A stretch of DNA of 64,000 bases, from positions 124,001-188,000 of the forward strand of contig OW569394.1 of NCBI GenBank assembly GCA_937625935.1. The letters are read 5' to 3'. Shown here piece after piece: positions 35,501-50,346 of the stretch. The notes under the pieces are model-generated. The model saw only the letters and a program-made list of their open reading frames with translations, had not been told where the DNA came from and searched no databases. Within the stretch, counting starts at the first letter, position 1, and each line of letters starts with the position of its first letter. This DNA is from Tetramitus jugosus. Its lineage: Eukaryota; Protista; Heterolobosea. Position numbers and translations under genes: made by a program.

Positions 35501-38500
35501 GTGAGCAGTGAGAGCCAAACAATGGGTGCTTCCGCACGATGCAAACGACACTCTCGTTGTGTTTAGGGAAGAGATGATTACAGGAGAGTTTTGTGATGTG
35601 CTCTGGTATCCAAGACCGAGCTGACCTTGCTGGTTGTTTCCCCAAGTATACAATGACCCATTCTTTGTTGAGACTACGACCGATGAATAACCAACAGCAA
35701 CATTTGAAACGGTTAAATTTTGTTGAGAGTACAATGAAAGTACAGGAGAAGACTTGCCACTCAGTGTTCCATCGCCCAACTGACCTTGGGTATTAATTCC
35801 AACAGAATACAATTTTCCATCAACGGTTAGCGCCACTGAAAATAAGTTTCCAGCACCGACAAATTGAATCGGTATTGTGTTCAATGATGCTGCTTTGATA
35901 AAGAAATTAGTGCTAGAAACTCCTCCATTTCCCAGTTGCCCGCTTGTGCCATCTCCTGTTCCATACAAGTATCCAAATCTTGTCTCATTACAGTTCTGAC
36001 CTCTGAAATTTGGGTGACAAACACAAGTATTGTTGGGAATGCACACGCCATTTCCGGAACACACCATTAAATCAGTGTTACTCACTCCATTACAAAATAA
36101 TTCACTGCAATCCTCTGCTGAAAATTGTTCCTCGCATGCACATACATCATCGTTTGTGCACAAACCTCTACTGGCGCAAGTATTCTCATCATCTGCTAAA
36201 AATCCAAAACATGATGTTCCATTGTACAGGAACACTGTGTGTTGGAGAGAAGGTGCGATATGAACAATGGAACGAATGGGATATTCATTCACCACGGGAA
36301 CGGGACTTGAGGAAGAAACAGTTCCACCATTTCCCTGTTGACCTTGAAGATTAAATCCCCAAGAATAAGCTGTGCCATTCATTGTCAACGCAAACACATA
36401 ATTTCTCCCTGCAAAGATGGATGTTGTTTTCTTGTCGACTCGAGGATCCAAGATTGGTACTGGAAGTCTTCTTCCTAGAATATTCGTTACCCCATCCCCT
36501 ATTTGGCCCTGTGACGCCCCTCCCCAAGCAAAGATTGACCCATCAGAGAAAACTACATATGTATTTTCTTCTGAGCCTTCAACAGAAATTGCTGTCTTTC
36601 CTTTAAATTGAGAATTGAGGACAGGAATGGGGGAGTAACGATTAAAGATTGCCCCATCTCCCAATTGACCGAATGAATTCGAGCCCCAGATGTAAATTAC
36701 ACCAAAAGATCCGATTCCCATCATGTGATTCCAACCTGATGCAATCTTTGAGATTGGTATCTGATCTAAAATTCCAAGACCAACTTGTGTGGGAGTAGAC
36801 AATGGCCAGTTATCTCCATTTCCAAGCTGTCCGTTTGAGTTCGATCCCCAAGCAAAGATACTGCCATCATCAATGAGAACTGCAGTATGCGCTTCTCCAC
36901 AAACAGCTTGGACAACCTTTCGTCCTGCAATTTCACCTGCAACTTGAATGGGTGAGTGATTATCATTTGAATCTCCATTTCCTAATTGTCCACGATTGTT
37001 CCTTCCCCAGGTAAACACTCTTCCATCAGAGTCCACAATCACTGTGTGAGAATATCCAGTGCATCCTGTCATAGCATTCACACTGCTCATTCCGAGAGGC
37101 GAAACGGGAGTGAATCTTGTTGCCGTGGTACCATCACCCAACTGGCCATAATTATTCAACCCCCAACCAAACACTTGACCAGATGGTGTGATTGCAATTG
37201 AGAAATCCTTGCCTGAATCAACATGCGAAACAACGCGGCCAAACAAGTCTCCAGTGACCGGAACAGGCAATTTATGAGAGAAAGTGTATCCATCACCCAT
37301 TTGACCGGAGGATCCTTCTCCCAAAGCGAAGGCAAATCCATTGACAACTCTTTCACATTTTGTTCCAATATATCCAGGACGGCAAACACAAGCATCAGCA
37401 GCAAGACAACTTCCCCTGCCGGAGCACGTTAAAGTATCATTCGGATAATATCCAAAGCAATGGAATGAGCTACAATCTGGAGCATTATATGGGAAATCGC
37501 AAATACACTTATCCTGATCAATACAACTTCCTTTGGTGGAACAAACTGTTGGATCATCTGCAAACTTTCCAAAGCAAGTGGTGCCATTGAACAAGTAAAT
37601 CGAAAAATTATCACCAGCAACTGATGCTGTGGGATAGATACTTTGATATTGTTTTTGGACTTGAACAGCTGACATTGTTGTTGAATTGTAACTTCCATCG
37701 CCCAATTGACCGTACATGTTGTCGCCCCAAGCTATGCTTGTTTGATTGTCCAATAGAGCATGAACAAATGATCCACCTGCACTAATGGTCAAAACTCTGA
37801 TATCATCTGGTATGACTGTCACTCGTGTTGGAATTTGCTTGCCAACGGTTGTACCATCTCCCAGCTGACCTGCGTTATTTGCGCCCCATGAATACAAAGA
37901 TCCATCAAACGCCATAACCATTGAAAATGAGTCACCGGCAGTAATCTGAGAAACTGGTTTTCCATACAATAGTCCAGGAACTTGCACAGGCAAAAATTTG
38001 TTTGTTTTTGTGCTGTCTCCCAACTGTCCTTTGTCATTTTTACCCCACGCGTAAACAGTTCCATCTGATCCCAATGCCATCGAGTGATACTTTCCTGCAG
38101 TAATCTGAACAATTCTCTTGTTTTTCAACAAGGCAGCAACTTTGATTGGTGTGTATTTGAGAATGAAGGAGTTGTCTCCCAATTCTCCATCAAGGTTGAA
38201 ACCCCAAGTGTACACGGATCCATTGAAAGAAAGTGCCATGCTGTGATAACCTCCACAGGCGATTGCAACAATATCTTCTGTCAATAATTCACCTGTGACC
38301 CGAGTTGGAGTCAATTGCAAATCTTGAGGAGAGTTAATACCGATCTGACCGTATTGATTGGAACCCCAAGCAAACACTTGACCATTCGCTTCTAGTGCCA
38401 TAGCATGAGACACACCACCACACAATCCAATAATATTTGATCCGCCAAGAATATGTTGCTGAATTCCTTTGGAAAAGGTGGAATTATCTCCAAGTTGACC

Positions 38501-41500
38501 TCTATCGTTCCTTCCCCAACTGTAAATTTCGCCACTTACTGTCTTCAGAAGGGAGTATTCATATGATGGCGCAATCAAGTTGATCAAAACTGTCGAAAAA
38601 AGTGTTGCTCGGTCGACAGTTGGTCGAAAACCAACACCTCTACTACCTAACTGAGAATATGAATCTTGACCAGAAGAGTACAAGTAACCAAATGATTCTA
38701 CTTCACATCGTCTTCCAGAATACCCTTGATAACAGACGCAAGTATCCAATGAAACACATCTTCCTCCACCAGAGCAAACATTTGATTCGGTTGCATTAAT
38801 TCCAAAGCATTGAGCCACACTACAGTCCCTTCCTCCATAACTCGGAGGACACTCACAGTGATCCAGTGCAGTACAATTACCTCTCCACGAACACACTGTA
38901 GGATCATCAAACACAATACCAAAGCATGAAATTCCAGAGAAAAGAAACAGAGAGTGCTTCTTTCCTGCTGACATACTCGTGATATATCTCTGAGGCTTCG
39001 TGTTTCCAACAGCAGATGAAAAGTTTCGACTGACAAAGGTATAATCTCCCAATTGACCATCATTATTGACACCCCAACCATAAGCTGTTCCATTCGATGC
39101 GAGAGCAAGAACATAATTGGAGTTCTTTCCAATGGCAATTGAAGTGATTGGATAATCAGTTTCAAAGGGAATCTGAGCGGGATACTTTCGATTGATTACT
39201 ATTGAATTATCGCCGAGCTGCCTATTGGGAATGTTTGATCCCCAAGAATATGCTGTTCCATTCTTCAATAAAGCATAAGAACTATCAATTCCTGCACCAA
39301 TCGATATGACCGGTTCAGGACCAAAATCATTGCGTTTGACTGCGAAGGGCACGATTCTGGAGTAAGTGTATCCATCCCCCAATTGCCCCATTGTATTTTT
39401 GCCCCAAGAGTAAACTGTTCCATCTTGATTCAGAGCAAGTGAATGATAAATACCTGCCGCAATGGCAATAATATTCTTGTTATTCAATGATCCCTGAATC
39501 AACGATGGTGCAGTTTCGAATGCACTTGTAAATCCTCTTCCAAGTTCTCCATCACCATTTCTTCCCCAAGAGAATACTTTGCCCTTTGATGAAAGAGCAA
39601 GCGTATGTGCCTGACCACATGCAATATCAATGATTACTTCTGATCCAAAATATTGAGTTATGTTCACTGGAGAAATATATTGTTGGGTGTTTCCTGTTCC
39701 AAGCTGACCGAATGTATTAATTCCCCAAGCATACACATTGTTATCAAAATCAATTGCTAGTGAGTATCCAACGCATGCAACAAGATTGATAATCGATTTT
39801 CCTTCAAGAATAGACACAGGAAAATATCTTGTAAAAGTTGTGTTGTCTCCCAGTTGACCATAATCATTGTTACCAAAAGCAAAAACACCTTCAGTCAAAC
39901 TGACAGCAAATGAACTTCCATCTCCTGCAGAAATATAGTTGATATCTGTGAGAGCCAACAAACTGGCTTGTCTTGGATAGTTTTGAGAAACAAAGAATCC
40001 ATCTCCCAATTGAGAACTGGAATCATCACCAGATGCATACAGAAATTGTCTATCATTATTGTTGCACATTGCACCAAAATAACCAGCGTCGCAAAGACAC
40101 ACGTCGTTGAAGATACATCTACCATGACCTGAACAGACAAGTGCATTATCTGACCATGTACCATAACACTGAGCAATCGAACAATTAGACCCAGTGTAAT
40201 GATTGTCGCAAACACAAAAGTTGTCTGAGACACAAATACCTCTGAACGAGCAAACACTTGGATCATCAGCCAACACACCGTCACAATATGTTCCATTGTA
40301 AATCATCAGTGTGTGAGCATTACCAACGCCAAATGACACCACGAAACTCGTTTGATCTTGGAATCGAACAAGATGATGAGGAGAATACGCAGTAACTACA
40401 CTCATGTCTAATCCTAAATGTTTTCTTGTATTATCACCCCAGGCGAAGCTTACACCATCTTGTGTTGTTGCTTCAACAGAGTTTGACCATATGCTTGATG
40501 AAATAAATGAAACATTGACCAAACCATTCACTTGCATTGGGATTGTGAAAAGATCAACTGTTGAGTTAATACCAAGCTGACCGTTTGAATTATCACCCCA
40601 TGAAAACAATTTTCCGTCTTCTGTTGTTGCATACGCAGATTGTTTGCCTGATGCAATTTTGGTCACTGCAATCTTGCTGAACACTCCTTTGATCAACCTT
40701 GCATGAAAAGTGTTTGCAATGTTGGTTGTGCCATCAGCCACTTGTCCTCGAGAATTATCACCCCAGACAAACACTTTGCCTCGATCAGTCAAGACCATGG
40801 AGAATTTATCCCCTGCAGCAATTGAGATCACTTTCTTATCACCAAGTGGTTCTCCTATTGCTGTATTGACCTGTAACAGCTTTGGAGAGTTGAGATAAGA
40901 GCCATAGAATGATTTATCTCCCAATTGAGCATTGTTATTTTGACCCCAACCATAAGCAAATCCATTGGATGTTCGCGCAAGTGTGTGCTGGGAGCCACAT
41001 GCGAGCTCAACAACTTTACCACCAGAGTAATTGTCTGCTGGAGGGGTCACCATCACTGGATTGTTGCTCCAATAAAATGCACTATTTCCGAGAACTCCTG
41101 ATCTTGTTGGACATGCACCTGGACTGATGCATGGACATATTGTTTTTCCCAACGGAAGCACAACAGTTTTTGATCCCGTTGTATTTGTGCAACTCAAGAC
41201 TCCAAAAGTGTTCACACCCCAAGTGTAAATCACATTGTTATCATCAACCGCAGCGACATGATAAGTGCTGACACACATGTGAATGATATTGGAAAGAATT
41301 TTTTCTGGTCGATTCCTGTTCATCAATATTCCATCACCCAATAAACCAACTGTCACGTTTGAATAACTCCAGACAGCTCCCTTCCCCCAAGAAAAGAGTT
41401 CGCCATCCACTGACAGACCAAGCGAGATATCCACTCCAGATGTTGCATGCTTCACATATTTCCAATAAGTTAATGGAGCTGCCGTTGGTGCTGCAATCAA

Positions 41501-44500
41501 CTTGGCATCATAGTAATCATCTCCCAATTGGCCCTTTGAGTTATCACCGACTGAATAAAGAAGGCCATAAATGGATATCTCACATTCTCGACCAGTAAAA
41601 TAAATCTGGCATGCACAAGTATCGCGTGCAACACATGATCCATGGCCAGAGCAGACATTGCTATTGGATTGATTCAAACCAAAGCATACATTGATACTGC
41701 AATCAGCTCCAAGGTATTCTTCCTCACAAATACAATGGTCAGTTGAGACACAAGTTCCTCTTGTTGAACAAACACTTTCATCATCAGATAAGATCCCAAA
41801 ACAAAATGTTCCATTCAGAAGAAACATGGAATGAGAAGATGATGCTTCTGCTGCCACGAAAAAACTTGATTCATATGGATTCAACACTTGTGAAGGAGAT
41901 AATCTGCTGATACTCGTGCCATCACCAATCTTGTTAAAAGTGTTATCTCCAAACCCGAATGCTGTGCCGTTTCGTGTGACCACCAACGCATACTTGCTCC
42001 ATGTGCCAGCTGATATGCTCATGACTTCCTCCACTCCTTGCACAACAGTGGGAATATTTTGGTTGATTGAGGAGTTGATTCCCAACTGACCTGCGTCATT
42101 TTCTCCCCATGAGAACAGAGTTCCATCAGAAGCGATGGCATAGGAGGATCTTGTTCCTGCAGCAATCTGAATCACGCTCTTGCCAAACAATTGATTCATC
42201 ACTTGTCTTGGGTGTCGATTATTAAGTGTTGAAGCATCTCCCAATTGACCTTTGCTGTTATCGCCCCAAGTGTACACTTCACCTCTGCTTCCAAGTGCCA
42301 TGCTGTGATACTCACCTGCTGCAATGGCAACAATTTTGACTTCTGAAAGAATGCCTTTGATTGGACTGCTTGCACCAACTCGAACAGGTATCGTTTCCTT
42401 TCGTACCAAACCATAACCAACTGCTCCATAGGTTTCATCATCACCAAAACCGAACATATATCCTTCTTTTGTCAAAACTAATGTGTGCACGTGACCACAT
42501 GCCACTGTAATTGGTGTTCCCAATAATTCCGATACTATTGTTGGTGAAGAACTGTACTGTTTGGAAGCACCAATTCCCAATTGACCTGCAATTATTGAAG
42601 CAGTATTTGTTGTTCCATCCATTGTATTCACTCCCCAAGAATACACTTCACCAGAGCTTGTCACTGCTGCACTATGATAGGATCCCCTACAAACACTTAC
42701 AACTTGCTTTGATGAGAGTATTCTACTTGGAAAGAGTTTTGAAGTACCATAACCCCATGAAAATAGTTCTCCAGTAACAGTGATTCCAAATGATGCATCA
42801 ACGCCTGAGCTGATTTGTTGAACAAGAGTCCTATCGGCCAATGATTGATACGTTTTCGTCAACTCCGTCCTTGCAATTGTGTAATCATCTCCCAATTGGC
42901 CATAATTATTGTTTCCAATTGTTCGAAGTGAACCAAACACTGGCTGATCGCAGGCTTTTCCAGTGAAACCAACTGAGCACTTACAAGTATCATGATCAAT
43001 ACATGACCCATGACCAGAACAAACATCCAAGTTTGTGTTGTTCAATCCAAAACAAGTTGTGAATTGACATGCATTTCCAAAGTAATTGTTGGCACATACA
43101 CATATATCTGTCTCTGTGCAGTTTCCTCGAGTTGAACAAGCCATCACATCATCCATCGGATATCCAAAGCAATAAGTGGTGTTCAAAACCAAAACACTGA
43201 AAATATTTCCCGTTGTTGCAGCAACAATCTTCCTCGTTGGATAAGGATTCACAACAAGTGTTGGTGCTCTCTTTGATGTGATTGATCCATCATTTGCCTG
43301 AGAATTAGTATTGAGTCCCCATGAATAAGCTGTTCCATTTGATGCAATGGCAATCACTGTTCTTGAACTTGTCGCAATAGAAACGATACTCGCACCAGCT
43401 AAACTTGATACATGTGTTGGAATGGAGACAAACGAAACGGTACTGTCAATACCCAGTTGGCCAACTGAATTGTCACCCCATGAATAAATTTGACCATCTG
43501 ATGTCAACACGTAGGATGAATAATCTCCTGCGACAACTTGAATGACTGGCAGACCGAGTACTGTTGTAAACACTTGAATAGGGTGTCGACTGTCTGTTGT
43601 TGTTCCATGACCCAATTGCCCTTTGCTGTTGTCACCCCAAGTGTAAACATCACCTTTGCTTCCCAGAGCAATGCTATGATAGAGACCGGTGGAAACTTGA
43701 ACGACTCTGACATTGGAGAAGATGTCTCGAATTGGACTGCTGGCTGCAACCACAACTGGAGAAAGTGAATTCGCCCAATTTCCAATTCCCAATTGACCAT
43801 TTGAACCTTCTCCCCAAGCATATAACTTTCCTGATGAAGATAGTGCTATTGTATGTGAAGCTCCACAACTTACTGAAACAATTTGAGCACTGAGTGAAAC
43901 TTGTCTTGGAGTTGCGGAAAAGTAGTAAGAGCCTCCCAATCCCAGATATCCTATTATTGGTGGATAGGTGTAAGGATTACATGAGCAACTTGTGTCAGAG
44001 CAATAGGAAGTATTGGCAGGAGTACCAAGTGGACATGTCACTCGTCCATCTTGAGTGTTGCTTCCCCAAGAGAATACATTTCCGAGAGAATCAACAGCAA
44101 CACCATGATACTTTCCTGCGCAAGCACTGACAATGCTGCGATCAGAGAGAAGTTGAAAAGGTCTCAATGAATCTGTGGTCGTTCCTGTTCCCAAGTTGTA
44201 AAAACTGTTCTTTCCCCAAACAAACAACTTGTTCGTTCTGGAAACTGCAACAGTGAAATCCACACCAGCATCAATCAATTGGACATGTTCACCATATGAA
44301 AGTGGATATGATGTTCTTGTGAGAGTTGATTGATCAAGATAGTAATCATCTCCCAATTGACCATCTGAATTGGCACCAATTGAATAGCTTTCACCAAACA
44401 ACCAAACACTGCAATTTTTACCAGTGTATCCAGAGGCACATGAGCATGAATCATGCGAAACACATTCACCAAAACCAGAACAGACAGTTGGATCAGTGGA

Positions 44501-47500
44501 ATTGACTCCAAAACAAGTGGTCAAGCCACAATCGCTACCAAAGTAATCAGATTGACAAGTGCATGTGTCAGTTGCAACACATTCACCTCTCCATGAACAG
44601 ACAAAAGGATCATCCGAGAATAAACCAAAACAGAATGTTCCATTGAGCAGGAAAAGAGAGTGTTGAGTGCCAGCAGCCACTGCAACAATCGATCTGTTCG
44701 TGTATGTTTGTGTCACTGGATTGGCATAAAGTTTCAGTGTGGGTTGTGGTGTAATGATTTTGTCAGTCACTCCATTCAACAATTGATAATTGCTTCCCAA
44801 TCCCCAACCAAATCCATCTCCATTCAAATCTCCTGCAATCACAAAATCACTTCCAAATCTGCTCGATGACATTGTATTGATGGGCATTTGATTGTTCAAG
44901 GCAACTGGATTTGCTGTCTGTGCGACTGTTGAATTGATACCCAACTGATAATTTGTGTTGCTTCCCCATGCAAACACACTATTATTTGAACCAATCACAA
45001 AAGAAGAAAATGTTCCAGCACTGATGGATTTGATTGGAATTCTGTACAATGGAGAACTCACAATCTTCTTTGGGAATCGACTCAAGTTGGGACTTCGGAC
45101 AAGGTCATCTCCAATTTGACCATTTGCATTGCTACCCCACACGAATACTTCACCCATAGAGTTGAGGGCCATGCTGTGGTAGGAGCCAGCAGAAATTGCA
45201 ATGATTTTCACATCACTCAGAGTTCCACCTGATGCTAATGAGGGTGCCACTCGTACTGGAATAAAAGATCTGACATTTGTGCCAAAACCACCATTTCCCA
45301 ACTGACCATAAGTGTTGTCACCCCATGCCCATACTGCTCCACTCGACATCAACGCTAAGCAATGATACAATCCACATGATACCGAAACTGCTGTTCCAGT
45401 CATGCCAGTGACTTCTCGAGGTGTAGCACTGAAGAAATATGATGAACCTAACCCCAAATATCCAAGTATTGTTGGATTTGAAGTACAACTGACTGATGCA
45501 GAGTTCACACAACATTGTGTTTCTGTGCATTTTGCTGTTTCAGAAGTCCAATAGTCGTTACCATAAATATTTATCCTTCTTTGTTGGTAGTCATAGTCAG
45601 TGTCACATGAAAGAGTGTTGCAACCCCAAGAATAAACTTTTCCATCATCAGTCACTGCAACAGCGTGGTATTGTGCAGCTGAACCAGAAACAAACTTCAG
45701 GTTAGATTTCAAAATTGGGCGGATTCTTTGGATTCTCCCAAAGCCATTGACGGAACCGTAATAATAAAAATCTGAACCCCAAGTGTACAACTCTCCCTCT
45801 CGCGTGATAGCAAGCGAAAAATCCAATCCTGCAGACAAAAACTTCACATACTTGTCAGTGGAAAGTGGCAACGAAGTTGTCACAAGAATTGAACGATCAA
45901 TCTGCAAATCATCTCCAAGCTGTCCATCACTATTCTTTCCTGCCCCATAAATATATCCCATCACTGGTTTATCACAATTACTGCCAGCGAAAGAATCAAT
46001 GCAAGAACAAATGTCAAGTGCAACGCACGTTCCACTTCCAGAACAAACAGTTGAGCTATTGGAAGGAATATCGAAGCATGTTGTCAGCTCACATTCATTT
46101 CCATAATAACCAGAATCACAAGCACATCGATCCTCATCAACACATGTTCCTCTCCAATTGCACACCAATTCATCATCTGCCAATATGCCATAGCAAATTG
46201 TTCCGTTCAACAAGAGAAGTGAATGTGTACTACCTGCTCCAACACCTACCAAATATGTGGAGGGATAGTTTTCATTCACCACTTGCTTCACTGGTTGCAG
46301 TCTTGTTGTTGTGCTCTTATCTCCCAATTGAGAGAATGTGTTGATTCCCCACGAGTATCCAGCACCCGTTTCATTGATGCCAGTGACCCAAGAAGTGATC
46401 CTGCTGGGATACAATGCTTTAAAGTGGACATCATTGATGTTCTGAACAAATCCAGGCAATGATCTGGATGTACCTGCTGAAGAGTCACCCAATATTCCAT
46501 TCGTGTTACTTCCCCATGAATAAACTTGACCCTTGTTCGTCACTGCAAAAGAACTCTGGACAGACGCAGAGATATGCACAATTAATTCTGTGGTGATAGC
46601 TCCTGTTGCCAGAACGGGGACATTTTTATCCGTTAAGGTGGTATCGGCTAATTGGCCCATATTATTTCTTCCCCAAGAATACACTTCTCCATACTCTCCC
46701 AAAGCAAGTGAGTGATAATCACCCGCGGCAACTTGCGCAATATTAGTTAGTCCTAATACTTCCTGAGCAATTGCGAGGTTTGATGTCGATCCCACTCCTA
46801 ATTGACCAGCTGCGCCATACCCAAAAGAGTAGACTGTTCCAATATTGGTCAGAATTAATGTATGATATGCTCCACATGCGACCGACTTTGGAATTTCACC
46901 AGTATCAAACAACGGAGACGTGGTGAGCCCATATGAACCCCAAGTTTGAACAGTGCCATCCTTCTTGATGGCAACCACTCGGCCAACACCAGCACAACAA
47001 TCAAGAACATTGCTTGATATCTTTTGAGGTCTATCATTGTCATTGATAGATCCCCATGAATACAAATCACCAACTTGAGAGAGTGCAATTGAAAAATAGT
47101 TTCCTCCATCAACTTTGGTCACGATAACCTTTGTCAAAAGTCCACCAACCAACAGAGGAATCTGTGAATAACCCACGGAAGGAACATCATCATTCGCCAA
47201 GACACCATTGGATTGTTGACCAATTGAATAAGTGATTCCGCGCACTTCTTTCTCGCAATTCAAACCAGAGTATCCTGGATTGCACAAGCACACATCCACT
47301 CCTGCGCACACTCCTCTCCCAGAACAAACAGAAGAATTATCTCTTGCAATTCCGTGGCACTCAAAATAATCGCAGTTCAACCCACTGTATCCCTCTTCGC
47401 ATAAACATTGATCAAATGTGCTACAATTTCCATGATAAGAGCAAACAGATGGTTCATCCGCTAACACTCCATAGCAAGATTTGGCAAGATCATACACAAT

Positions 47501-50346
47501 CAATGTATGAACACATCCCACTGCCATGCTTAAAACTTGTCGATCAGGAAAATAAATGTGATAGTTAACTGGAGATATTCGTTGAATGCTTGTTCCATCT
47601 CCCAATTGACCAAAATTGTTATTTCCCCAAACATAGGCAAGAGAATCAGAGATTGCACTGACATGAGTCTGAGAATTACAAACTCCAGCAAATATCTTGG
47701 ATACAATTTTGTTCGAAAGAGGAACAGCCACTTTCTGGAAACTTAATGCGTTTGTTGTCGAGCCAATTCCAAGTTGACCATTTAAATTATTTCCAGATGA
47801 GTAGAGAAGACCATCAGCGATTACATGTGATGAATAACTGCTGGCAGCAATTCCAGTCACTTTTTTTGATGCCAGTACTCCTGTGTTTAACGCAATGGCA
47901 CGTGTTGCTGTGTTTAGTGTGCCATCACCCAGTTGGCCAACAGAGTTTTCACCCCAACGATACAGCGTTCCATCGTCTGCAATCACCATCGTGAATGATC
48001 CTCCTGCTGCAATTGCTGCCACTCTTCTTTTGTAAAATAATCCAGTCAATAAAACAGTCTGAGGAAGTGTCTTCTGCGCAGTTGTGCCATCTCCCAACTG
48101 CCCGAAGTGATTTCTCCCCCATGCAAGAACAGTTCCATTACTGAGAAGAGCAACGCTATGATATGAGCCACATGCCATAGAAACAACTCGTTCACCCGTG
48201 AGAGCACCTCCTATTTTAACTGGCGTGGATGTTTGAGCAGTGTTGCCAGTGCCCAATTGACCATAACTATTGTCTCCAAACGACCAAACACTTCCTGTTT
48301 CATCAACAACCAATGAATGAGTTAACCCTGCACACATAGTCACAGTGGGTCCGTTGAATGATCCTTCAACTTTCACTGGACTGCTTCTTGGTGTGGTCGA
48401 ACCATCTCCCAACTGACCATAATCATTCTTTCCAACTGAAAAGAGTGTGCCATTGACCAATAATATCAAAGAGTAAGACATGCCAGATGCAACAGAGTTG
48501 ATGTGTACTCCAGCAAATGCAGAAGAACTAACAGGAATCATTCTGGACACACCATTCCTTCCCAAGTTATCTGCCAATTGTCCAAAACTATTATCGCCGG
48601 AAGCATAGAGGAAACCTTCATCTTTCTTTTCACAATTCTGACCTGAATAACCTTGATGACACAAACAAGTATCAATTGTTAAGCATTGTCCATGTCCAGA
48701 GCAAACCATGTTATCTGATGCATTCTTGCCAAAGCAATAGGGCAAACTACAATCTTCACCTGTGTATCCTGTGTCACACTCACATTTATCAGTGCCCACA
48801 CAATCTCCATGACTGGAGCATACTAATGGATCCATCTTGAAGATTGAAAAACAAATATCGGAATCAATCAAGTACATAGAATGAGCGGATCCAGGACTAA
48901 CTTTGGAAACAGTGCTCAAAGCATAAGGTGTCCCAATCATCCTTGGAGAAGCGTAATCACTTCCTGTCGAACCTATTCCAAACTGGCCATTCATGTTATT
49001 TCCCCAAGAAGCAACGGAAGTATTCGTCACAACAGCATTTACATTTTCGGCAGCAAATCCTGAGAACACTAACCTTATGGGCACATCTGCCAAGATAGTG
49101 ACCAATACTGGGGATAATGATTTCGTACCTATCCCAGGATTTCCGAGCTCTCCATATCCATTGTGTCCCCAAGAATAAATTCTTCCATCACTCAAGACAG
49201 CGAATGTTGATATCTTTGATGCCGTGACGGATACAACCGAATTTAACAGTGTAAGAAGAAAAGGCTTGCCCTGACTAATTACTGAAGAATCACCGTTGCC
49301 TGATTGCCCCGATTCTGTCCCACCCCAAGTCCAAACATGACCTGCACTATCTAATGCAACATTGTGCCTCTCTCCTGCGGCAACGTCAACCCATCCTACG
49401 TCATTGGAAACAATAGTAGGAGCAAAGTTACCAGAACCTGTGGTTCCTTGAGCTAATTGACCGTCGACATTTCCACCCCAAGCAAATATTGTACCTGCTG
49501 AGCTGAGTGATATGGAATGAAACTTTCCACACATTACTTTGATTACGTTTGTAAATGCTGCAGGGCCACTCACCTTCTTTGGAGAGTAATAATTGGTTCC
49601 AGAAGGAAAACCAAGCCATCCAGCAGTAGCTTTCCCACTATTTGTTGCATCATTTGTTCCCCACGCGTATACATTTCCATCAACATCAGCTGCCAATGCA
49701 TGATAAAAACAAGCAGAAATCGAAACAATTCTCTTGTTTTGCAAATCACCTCTAAGAATGGAGGGAATGGCTTCAGAAGCAGAAGTAAATCCGAGTCCCA
49801 ACTGACCATAATTATTCGCACCCCATGCAAACACTTCGCCCTTTGTTGTGAGCGCAAGGGAGAACCCATCACCAGATGAGATGACTTCCACTCTCATTAA
49901 ACCAAAATAATCTCCCACTCGAATCATTGTGGAAGTGGTTAAACTCGTAAACAGTGGATCTCCCAACTGTCTATAGGCGTTATTGCCCGATGAAAACACA
50001 TGACCTGATCCTCTCGTGGCACAATTTGGCAAATCATATCCATCATGACACAAGCAAGTATCAGTTGCGATACAGAAACCATGAGCCGAACAAACAGAGG
50101 CATGACTTGCTAAAACACCGTTACAAGAAGGTACCTGAGCTAAGATAAAGAACGCACAATCACATGATGAAAAATGTTAAAGCACGAATCACAAACACAC
50201 CACAAGCAAACCACAACAAACATACCATATGTTACATTGCAACTCCATAACAACAACAGTAAAAATATCGTTGAACTCAGAAATGATATAGTTTTTGAGA
50301 CCTTAAGCATCATCCTTGGGTCTCGTTTTTTCTTCTTCTTCTTCAT
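29528..50346 (-). CDS. Giant (~6,910 aa) type-I membrane protein: 11 RCC1 propellers, ~42 tenascin-type EGF repeats, IPT/TIG-like region, TM; exons 50346-50226 and 50139-29528
   Basis: One uninterrupted 20.6-kb exon. Intron 50225-50140 (GTATG...TTAG) attaches a signal-peptide exon (FLLLLLWSCNVTYA-QVPSC). RCC1 blades (WGxNxxGQLG), EGF units (CSGxGxC...CxC...GxxC), IPT-like PSIISISPT, TM at ~29860-29945. Confidence 0.93.
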
